DNA of 32,000 nucleotides. Source: Wolbachia endosymbiont of Drosophila innubila (lineage in GTDB: Bacteria > Pseudomonadota > Alphaproteobacteria > Rickettsiales > Anaplasmataceae). A model generated the notes under the pieces. That model had not been told where the DNA came from, did not search any database, and saw only the letters and a program-made list of their open reading frames with translations. Shown here piece by piece: positions 8,160 to 15,508 of this stretch; position 1 is the first letter of the stretch; every line of letters begins with the position of its first letter. Made by a program: the position numbers and the translations under genes. Location of the stretch: NCBI RefSeq assembly GCF_021378375.1, contig NZ_CP076228.1, positions 420,001 through 452,000 on the forward strand, written 5' to 3'.

Positions 8160-9201
8160 GGCTTTGTTGCATCACGCTTTATGAGATGGTGATTTATGGT
8201 AAATTCATGTAACTATCTCAAATTTAGCCATACCAATATCAGTGAATTTATTAAGCAAATAGCATTTAGTTCTTTTTCTCGATTTATCTCAGATTTATTC
8301 CTAAAACTAAATCCGAATATTTGCTTTAATCTTGAGAAAAACCCTTCAATATAAGATCTTTTCCCATAATTTACTTCTTTTTTCCATTCTTTCATGCCAC
8401 CTTCACCGTATAATTTTATTAACCTAATAGCAGCATTCCTGTCAGACATATAATCTATTTCTGGATGTTCTGCCGCATTGTTTATTGGTGGAATTTTTGT
8501 CTTTATATCATATTCGTTACACAACTTATAAAACTTGTGCCTATCACATGCTCTATCTGCATATAGTGCTTTTATGGCATGCTGAAAATCAACTTCTTTT
8601 AGCAAATCACAAGCTCCATAGTGATCAGCCGTTACTGTATTTTACAGCTATGGCTTTTTTGTTGTTTATATTCAACATTACGTGCAATTTTCTCGTTTGC
8701 TCATAGCCACGATATTTTCTGTCAGTGCTATTTTCCTTGCTGTGTGTTGTTGTATATACTAATTCCTGTACTGTCTATAGCAATTTCGATATCTTCCATA
8801 TTATTTTCTGCAATCATTTATCTTAATATTAAGTTTCTTTTGATGCTTGTGAATAGCTGCAAATCTCTTCCTATTTGTTGCAAATACCCTTTTATAAACC
8901 CGACTGTTTGTCTTAAACCAATTCTAAAGAAACTGACGATTATATGCACCAAAATCACAACTTTATCACTATAAATATAGTTGCCGCCCTGCATTTTTGG
9001 ACAATTCTCGTACCAATTTTCTATGGCGTCATTGATATAACAAAAAATGCTTCCTCTTTCTTGGAGAAATTTGTTATATTCATGGCAGTTACTGACTCTC
9101 ATTTTTTGTGGCATATTTTTTCTTCAACAGTTAAATGGCTATTTATAATGAATTTTGTCAGTAACTGCCAGTTCTTTTCACTTGAGCGATGCAACAAAGC
9201 C
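8160..9201 (-). mobile_element. IS5-family, IS903-group insertion sequence, full-length copy (1042 bp)
   Basis: Ends GGCTTTGTTGCAT (8160) and ATGCAACAAAGCC (9189-9201). A perfect 9-bp target duplication cactgggat lies at 8151-8159 and 9202-9210. Confidence 0.85.
8213..9114 (-). pseudogene. IS903-group DDE transposase, frameshifted
   Basis: The N-terminal ORF 8818-9114 (MPQKMRVSNCHEYNKFLQERG...) and C-terminal ORF 8213-8605 (..ALYADRACDRHKFYKLC..SYIEGFFSRLKQIFGF..) are in different frames with a gap between them. Confidence 0.8.
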
Positions 9202-9210
9202 CACTGGGAT

Positions 9211-9248
9211 CCATGCTAGTTTGCTTGTAAGCAAGCAAACTAGCATGG
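9211..9248. repeat. Perfect 17-bp-stem / 4-nt-loop hairpin
   Basis: ccatgctagtttgcttg taag caagcaaactagcatgg, directly after the IS target duplication. It replaces the central segment seen in repeat copies A and B. Confidence 0.8.
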
Positions 9249-9401
9249 AAAGTTTATACTAAATGAATGTTTTTGATGAGGTTGCACAGAAGCTGGATCC
9301 CAGTGTCAAGCACTGGAATGACATCACAGGGGCACTGGAATTTTTGTTTCAATATTTGTACATTAGCCATGCATCTGAACAGATACTGTAAATTAGCTAT
9401 A

Positions 9402-11000
9402 TTACATTAGCCCATCAGATGAGTTGTAATGGTTATAATTGTCTGATAAGTGATCTCTAACATCGTGACCTAACTCATTGGCATCAGGCTTAACTTCGTG
9501 ATCTAACTCATTAGCATCGAGCTTAAACAAAGAAGGATTATCATCAGATTGTTGATTAGACTCTTTCTCTTTCGACCCAAATAACCATGAAAAGAGTGAT
9601 GAGATAGAATCAATAATGGATTTAATTGTTGAAAAAATATTGGATAAGAAATTACTGGGTTGCTGAGTATCCTCTTCGGCTGATTCTGGTTCAGGCTCTT
9701 TTCCTGCTGTGTCATCCACATCTTCTTCAGGTTTACTTCTGCTTATAAGTGTCTTATCTAACCATTTGAATATATTCTTGTCTAGATTATGAAAATACAT
9801 TTGACTTATCTCCTTATTTTCATCAACGTAAATCACTAAAGTTGTATTCTCATTCCCCAATCCATCACATTCACTAACGAGCGATTCATGAGAGTTCTTA
9901 ATGTCTTTGATAAATTGAAGTTTTTCTTCTTCTGCTGAAAGATAATCTCTGTGTTCTGCTCTATAAGTGGTGCCTTTGTATTTAAAACTAAACATTGATT
10001 CACGATCTTCATATTCATCTAGTCCAGAATTCTTGACACGTTGTATAATTTGAAATTTCTCTGCTTCTGAAAGGTCCTTGAGGTATATACTACCAGTTGT
10101 ATCTTTATATTTAAATTTAAACATCCATCCATGGTCTTCATATTCATCTAGTCCAGAACTCTTGACACGTTGTATAATTTGAAATTTCTCTTCTTCTGAA
10201 AGGTTTAGGCGGTATACACTACCAGTTGTACCTATGTATTTAAAAATAAAACTCCATCCATCGTATTTATATTCATCTACACCCATCTGCTTGCAAATAG
10301 CTTTATAATTTTTTTCTTCTACTTCTCGTCCAACAACATTTGCTATGAGTTCAGTATCCAGAATACTCAAAGTTTGGACTATTGCCGATGGTGAAAAACA
10401 CAATTGAAATATGTGGCCTAGCTCATGACCTAGAACAAAATCCATGGCACTTTGCTTATATGTCAGAATATTCTGACAATCTGTTACTCCTCGTGTAATA
10501 TATCCTGGACCACCATCTTCATCTAAGCCGAGAAGATTGCTATACTTTGTATAATCGCTTCTATTATTAAAAATGTGAACCGTTATATTGTAACTTGCAT
10601 TACTATTTTTCAAGCAAAACTTTTCTTTAAATGCTTCATAGGCAGTTTTAATGTCTGTTTCTATTTGGTTTTGTTCCTGCTCAGATAAGTTGTCGTATTT
10701 TATAGTACAATTTATATACCCGTATTTAACGGTAAAGCTGTTAGACAAAACATCATGTATATTTGTGGAAAAATAATTGAACTGCTTTGACTCAGCTTCC
10801 TTATACAATTGATGCCCATATTTATCCCTAGAATACTTTGGTAGTTTAGGTACTTTGGCAATTAAGTTTTTGTTACTATCAAAAAAAGAAATATCAGAAT
10901 TACCAATCCTAAAATCCTTTATAGATTGCCCGCAAGTGCCATCATTTGCACAATCATGATTATCTTTCTTATTAAACCATGCGTTGGTGTATTTTTCCAT
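9402..11000 (-). CDS. Putative zinc metalloprotease (HExxH) with three ~43-aa tandem repeats and an acidic/amphipathic C-terminus; effector-like
   Basis: 532-aa ORF with GTGAGGT about 8 nt upstream of the ATG and no signal peptide. HELGH at nt 10413-10427. The preceding IFNNRSDYTKY...DGGPGY...TYKQ layout is reminiscent of the M9 collagenase core (from memory). Repeats DEYxxxGWxFxFKYxxTTGSxY..LSExEKFQIIQRVKxSGL at nt 9885-10277. Confidence 0.7.
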   Translation of the reverse strand: MEKYTNAWFNKKDNHDCANDGTCGQSIKDFRIGNSDISFFDSNKNLIAKVPKLPKYSRDKYGHQLYKEAESKQFNYFSTNIHDVLSNSFTVKYGYINCTIKYDNLSEQEQNQIETDIKTAYEAFKEKFCLKNSNASYNITVHIFNNRSDYTKYSNLLGLDEDGGPGYITRGVTDCQNILTYKQSAMDFVLGHELGHIFQLCFSPSAIVQTLSILDTELIANVVGREVEEKNYKAICKQMGVDEYKYDGWSFIFKYIGTTGSVYRLNLSEEEKFQIIQRVKSSGLDEYEDHGWMFKFKYKDTTGSIYLKDLSEAEKFQIIQRVKNSGLDEYEDRESMFSFKYKGTTYRAEHRDYLSAEEEKLQFIKDIKNSHESLVSECDGLGNENTTLVIYVDENKEISQMYFHNLDKNIFKWLDKTLISRSKPEEDVDDTAGKEPEPESAEEDTQQPSNFLSNIFSTIKSIIDSISSLFSWLFGSKEKESNQQSDDNPSLFKLDANELDHEVKPDANELGHDVRDHLSDNYNHYNSSDGLM

Positions 11001-11242
11001 TTTGATACCTCACTACCAAACCTTACTATATTATTATCTTGGTAAAAATCATAATAATTCGTTAACTTGTATTTTAAATCTGTATCAAATGTGCTTTTCT
11101 CGTAAGGTATCAATTGTGAAGTAATTAACTTTGTTTGTTTAAAATTTTGCTAAAATAGCTCTTTTTATACTATGTTTTATATAGCTAAACTGACTTAGAT
11201 TTACTGACAATTTGAAAAACAAAAATTCGTCATTCCGCTACT

Positions 11243-11338
11243 AGAGGTTGTCCGGAAACAAGTAAAAGGCTATAAGAGGTTGTCCGGAAACAAGTAAAAG
11301 GCTATAAGAGGTTGTCCGGAAACAAGTAAAAGGCTATA
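11243..11338 (+). repeat. Perfect 32-bp x3 tandem repeat of the IS left terminal repeat
   Basis: agaggttgtccggaaacaagtaaaaggctata at 11243, 11275 and 11307, with no spacers and no mismatches. Confidence 0.95.
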
Positions 11339-11366
11339 ATATCTGAAATTTTAGTACGGGGTAAAG

Positions 11367-12195
11367 ATGAGAAAAAAGTATCCAACAGATCTAAGCGAAA
11401 GGGAATGGGCAAGAATAGAAAAACACTTCAGAGTATCATACAAGAAAGGAGGAAGGCTGCCAAAGTATAGCAAAAAAAGAAATATTAGAAGCAATTTTCT
11501 ATGTATTGCGTACAGGGTGTCAATGGCGGTATTTACCAAATGATTTTCCGCTATGGAAGACTGTGTATGAGCAGTTCAGGCAATGGAAGAAGCAGGGAAT
11601 TTTGAGAAAATGAATTATGAAATTACAAAATATAGTAGAAGAAAAATAGGAAAGAATGAGCAGCCGAGTGCCTGTATAGTAGATAGTCAATCTGTAAAGA
11701 CTACAGAAAAGGGGGATCAAAGCTATGATGGAAGTAAAAAGTAAAGGGTAGAAAAAGGCATATAATTACAGACACTCAGGGTTTTATACTAGGTTGTTAC
11801 GTAGGCGCTGCTAACGAAAATGATAGAGATGGTATTAAAATAGCATTAAACAATATGAGAACAAAATATACTAAAGTTAAAAAATGTGGGCTGACATGGG
11901 ATACCAAGGAAGAAATTTAAAGAATCACATAAAGGAAGAATATGACATAGATATTGAAATTGTTAAAAGGCCTCCATGTAGATTTTGGGTGCACAAAGAT
12001 ACGCCACCTGAGCTACTACCAACAAGAGAACAAGGGTTTAAAGTACAGCCAAGAAGATGGGTTGTAGAAAGGACTTTTGCTTGGGTTAATAGGAATAGAA
12101 GGCTATCGAAGGAGTATGATTTACTCACAACATCCACTGAGAATTTCATATACCTAGCTATGAGTAGGGTTATGTTAAAGAGGGAATATGCTTGA
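11367..12195 (+). pseudogene. IS5-family DDE transposase, multiple frameshifts/stops
   Basis: MRKKYPTDLSEREWARIEKHF.. shifts frame at an A7 run to ..EILEAIFYVLRTGCQWRYLPNDFPLWKTVYEQFRQWKK.., then ..CIVDSQSVKTTEKG.., then ORF 11884-12195 (MWADMGYQG...RRWVVERTFAWVNRNRRLSKEYD). Confidence 0.85.
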
Positions 12196-12355
12196 ATTTA
12201 CTAGTTTCCGAACAACCTCTATAGTATTTTCTAAAACGAATGATAAACGTCTAAAATGGTATTACCAACTAAAAGGTGTAAGTTTGTACATTGATGCATT
12301 AGAGGTCTGAGGCGACTTTTGATGGTGTGCCAACAATGCTCTATCGGATTTAGAT

Positions 12356-12571
12356 CTTACTATTACCCACAAATATAAATGTTTGTTGCATAGCTCTTAA
12401 TGGCATAACTTTTGCTTGAAATAACTGTTTATATGGTGCAATTTACAGCTTTTAGTTGCTAAAATTATAACTCTTAGTTTAATAATTTTAATCTAATAAG
12501 CTTTCAGGTTAATAAAATTAAATTATTTGAGTAAATACAATACTATGTTTTTATTTGTGGGTAATAGTAAG
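12356..12571. mobile_element. 216-bp MITE-like element with 20-bp perfect terminal inverted repeats, inserted in the IS110 copy 2 leader
   Basis: cttactattacccacaaata (12356-12375) and tatttgtgggtaatagtaag (12552-12571) are exact reverse complements. The interior is AT-rich and non-coding. Confidence 0.7.
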
Positions 12572-12678
12572 GCTTAAAGCAAAATGTAGTACGAACGGTA
12601 GGTGGATCTAAAAGATCGAATTACAATCCTGTATACAGCATTTTGCATTATTGTTTGATTATATTTATAGGTACAAAA

Positions 12679-13592
12679 ATGGCTAGAATAATTTTCATGG
12701 GAGTAGATGTTTCCAAGGAAGCATTGGACATCTCAATTAATGGCAAGCATAAGCGCATAGCAAACGTGAGTGATGCTATATCTAAGTTTATAGAAACAAA
12801 TATAGTCGATTTACCCATCAAGTTATGTGTAAGCTGGTGGCTATGAAAAGCTCATTATAAAATTGTTGCAAGATAACTGTCCATAAAGCTCACCCGAATC
12901 GGGTATATGCATTTGCCAAAGCTTGCAATCATTTTGCAAAAACTGACAAGTTAGATGCTAAATTACTGGAAAAATACGCTGAATTTGTCAGTAAAGACGG
13001 TGAAGTAAAAGGATGTATAATTTCACAAAAGCAAGAGGAATTAAAGGAGCTGGGGGCAGTTGAGCGTAATTTAAATGATGCAATTCATGCAAACAAGTGT
13101 CGCCTGCAAAGTGCGACGGGAAAAGCTAGAGAATACATAGAAAGACAGATAGGGTTTGCTGAAAAACAATTGAAAGAAATTAGGCAAGACATAGAAGACG
13201 CAATAGCTGAATTGAAAGGAAAAAATGAGCTTTTAATCAGCTATAAAGGTATTGGATCAAAGACGGCGAGCGTTCTACTGACAGAGGTGCCTGAGCTTGG
13301 TAGATTAGAGAATAGAGAAATTGCATGCTTAGTTGGAGTTGCACCTAAAACTAGTGAAAGTGGAAGAAAAGTTGGCAAAGCTCAAATCAAAGGAGGCAGG
13401 TTTTATGCAAGGAAAGCACTATACATGTCAGCTCTTGTTGCTATGCGCCACAACAGAAAAATGAAAGCGTTTTATCAGCGTTTGGTTGATTCTGGCAAAG
13501 CTGCTAAGGTTGCATTAGTTGCTGTCATGAGAAAAATTATCGTTTGTTTAAATGCCATGATAAAAAATAACAACTTTTATCTTGACTCTTAA
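12679..13592 (+). pseudogene. IS110-family DEDD transposase/recombinase, frameshifted
   Basis: MARIIFMGVDVSKEALDISING... stops at 12846. The middle part (..HPNRVYAFAKACNHFAKTDKLDAKLL..) is in another frame. The C-terminal ORF 13170-13592 has YKGIGSKTASVLLTEVPELG..LVGVAPKTSESG.. Confidence 0.85.
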
Positions 13593-13667
13593 GACGGTAG
13601 ATGACAGACCATTGATTGTATGGGTTCCATCTGTTATATATAATCTTTTTGAATACGAAGAAAACTG

Positions 13668-15041
13668 ATGAATGAGTATGATATTACGGTTATAGGTAGC
13701 GGTCCTGGTGGTTATATAGCGGCAACTAGGGCGGCACAGCTTGGGTTTAAAACTGCAATTGTGGAAAAAGAAAAAAATTTAGGCGGTATATGCTTAAATT
13801 GGGGATGTATACCAACAAAATCACTGCTTAGAGCATCTGAGGTTTATAGGCTAATAAAAAGATCAAAAGAGTTTGGTATAGAAGTAAAGGGAGCGAATTT
13901 TGATATACAATCAATAGTGAAATACTCAAGAAACGTTGTTGATAAATTGTCAAGCGGTGTTGCATATTTGATGAAAAAAAATAATATCAAAGTTCATCAA
14001 GGTTTTGGTAAACTTGCAGGCAATGGTACTATAAAAGTCGTTAGCGATAAGGAAGAACAAGAAATTGTTTCCAAGCATATCATTTTAGCAACAGGCGTGA
14101 GGGCACGGAATCTGCCTGGAATAGAGGCAGATGGAGATTTAATATGGAATGCGCAGCACGCTATGACTCCAGAGAGATTACCAAAATCGCTACTAATTAT
14201 AGGGTCTGGTGCAATTGGAATAGAATTTGCAAGTTTTTATAGTACTTTGGGGGTTGATGTAACAATCATAGAGATAAAGAGCACTATTTTGCCGCTGGAG
14301 GATAAGGACATTTCAGATTTAGCACAAGAAATATTCACAAAACAGGGGATAAAAATATATACAAACAGTAGCGTAAAAGCTCTTACTAAAAGTAAAGACT
14401 CTGCTCAAGTGCTACTAAGTAGTGGTGAGAGCAAAGAATTTGAGAGGGTGATTGTTGCGGTTGGAATTCAAGCAAATATTGAAAATATAGGTTTAGAAAA
14501 TACAAAAATTAAATTAAGCCCTTCTGGCTTTATTGAAACGAATGAATGGTATGAAACTAGTGAATCAAATGTGTATGCAATAGGTGATGTAGCTGGCCCA
14601 CCATGTTTAGCACATAAAGCGAGCCATGAAGCCGTGATCTGCATTGAAAAGATTGCTGGTAAAAATGCTCATGCGTTAAAAAAAGAATGCATACCAAATT
14701 GCACTTATTCTCATCCACAAATAGCGAGCATCGGCCTTACTGAGGAACAGGCAATAAAAGGTGGGTATGATATAAAAATAGGAAAATTTCACTCTAACTT
14801 TAATGGTAAATCTGTTGCACTCAGTGAAACTGAAGGGTTAGTGAAAACGATTATAGATAAAAAAACCGGAGAAATTCTGGGTAGCCACATGATAGGTGCA
14901 GAAGTAACGGAGTTAATTAGCAATTTTGCTCTTGCAAAGCAACTAGAAGGAACAGACTTCGACATAAAATCTACGATTTTTCCTCATCCAACCATTTCAG
15001 AGATGATACATGAATCAGTGCTTGCTGCAGATGTTAAATAG
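13668..15041 (+). CDS. lpdA: Dihydrolipoyl (lipoamide) dehydrogenase, E3 component
   Basis: 457 aa. Has the FAD motif VIGSGPGGY, the redox-active disulfide GGICLNWGCIPTK and the C-terminal HPTISE interface motif. Confidence 0.95.
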   Translation: MNEYDITVIGSGPGGYIAATRAAQLGFKTAIVEKEKNLGGICLNWGCIPTKSLLRASEVYRLIKRSKEFGIEVKGANFDIQSIVKYSRNVVDKLSSGVAYLMKKNNIKVHQGFGKLAGNGTIKVVSDKEEQEIVSKHIILATGVRARNLPGIEADGDLIWNAQHAMTPERLPKSLLIIGSGAIGIEFASFYSTLGVDVTIIEIKSTILPLEDKDISDLAQEIFTKQGIKIYTNSSVKALTKSKDSAQVLLSSGESKEFERVIVAVGIQANIENIGLENTKIKLSPSGFIETNEWYETSESNVYAIGDVAGPPCLAHKASHEAVICIEKIAGKNAHALKKECIPNCTYSHPQIASIGLTEEQAIKGGYDIKIGKFHSNFNGKSVALSETEGLVKTIIDKKTGEILGSHMIGAEVTELISNFALAKQLEGTDFDIKSTIFPHPTISEMIHESVLAADVK

Positions 15042-15046
15042 TTGAA

Positions 15047-15439
15047 CTAACGTTCCATCGTTTTAGAGTTGTCAATGTCTTGAGTAGTAGTTTGATTAGG
15101 CACTTTAGTTTCAATAGATTGATTACCACCAGCATCAGAATTCTGTAACTCTTCTTTCAATCCCTTAGCTGCTTCTTTAACTTCAAGCTTTGCTTTTGGA
15201 TGAAGATCTTCTGGGCCTTTTCCTTTAGTATCCAAACTTTGTTGTAGATTAGTGCTTTTCATTTTATTATGCTGCTCGTGCTCAGGTAGGTCAACGACCG
15301 AATTGAAAAGAATTTTTATTATATTTTTTAGCAGTTCTAAAAAACCTCCGCTTCTGCCTTCTCTTTGTTCTTGAGGTTTATTTTTCTCATTAGGTTCTTT
15401 TTTACTATTACTTTTAGGCATTTTTAACTCAACTATCAT
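15047..15439 (-). CDS. Hypothetical small polar protein with one amphipathic/hydrophobic segment
   Basis: 130-aa ORF filling the lpdA-murG gap; K/E/Q/N-rich with GGFLELLKNIIKILFNSVV. No recognisable family; coding status not proven. Confidence 0.4.
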   Translation of the reverse strand: MIVELKMPKSNSKKEPNEKNKPQEQREGRSGGFLELLKNIIKILFNSVVDLPEHEQHNKMKSTNLQQSLDTKGKGPEDLHPKAKLEVKEAAKGLKEELQNSDAGGNQSIETKVPNQTTTQDIDNSKTMER

Positions 15440-15508
15440 AACGCTTAATAAAATTCTACGTGCAAATTGTTAAATAACAGTTAACAATCTAGGATTTATT
15501 ATTTACAG

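Larger units (their letters stand above)
8089..9366 (-). repeat. MITE-like repeat, copy C (reverse orientation), split by an IS insertion
   Basis: Has the aactgtacgaacattg end at 8089 and a diverged caatatttgtacattag end near 9350-9366. The hairpins flanking the IS are the same as in copy B. Confidence 0.65.
11243..12220 (+). mobile_element. IS5-family insertion sequence (IS1031/IS427-like size class; 914 bp counted from the innermost end copy)
   Basis: Terminal inverted repeats AGAGGTTGTCCGGAAAC (left) and AGAGGTTGTTCGGAAAC (reverse complement of 12204-12220). The internal DDE transposase is degraded. Confidence 0.8.
12285..13603 (+). mobile_element. IS110-family insertion sequence, copy 2 (different lineage from copy 1; boundaries approximate)
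   Basis: The left end tgtacattgatgcattagagg parallels copy 1 (tgtatctttatgatgtgaggcattagagc). acggtaggtgg at about 12595 in the leader resembles acggtagatga just after the ORF at about 13595, paralleling the leader/right-end match in copy 1. Confidence 0.5.

Noticed and set aside
8485-9219. Plus-strand ORFs 8485-8706, 8621-8974 and 8944-9219, and minus-strand ORFs 11351-11720 and 11925-12149 inside IS elements
   Set aside because: They are antisense to recognisable transposase reading frames, with hydrophobic low-information composition.
9375-9386. 12-mer ctgaacagatac, whose reverse complement gtatctgttcag occurs at 29583-29594; both lie just downstream of stop codons (HExxH gene, recJ) and resemble the IS110 copy 1 ends (tgtatct / acagtatct)
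   Set aside because: It is too short, with only two copies. It could be a solo IS110 end remnant or chance and cannot be distinguished without a genome-wide count.
11243-11338. Possible CRISPR array (three identical 32-bp units)
   Set aside because: The units are directly adjacent with no spacers, the unit contains the IS terminal inverted repeat, and there are no cas genes in the window.
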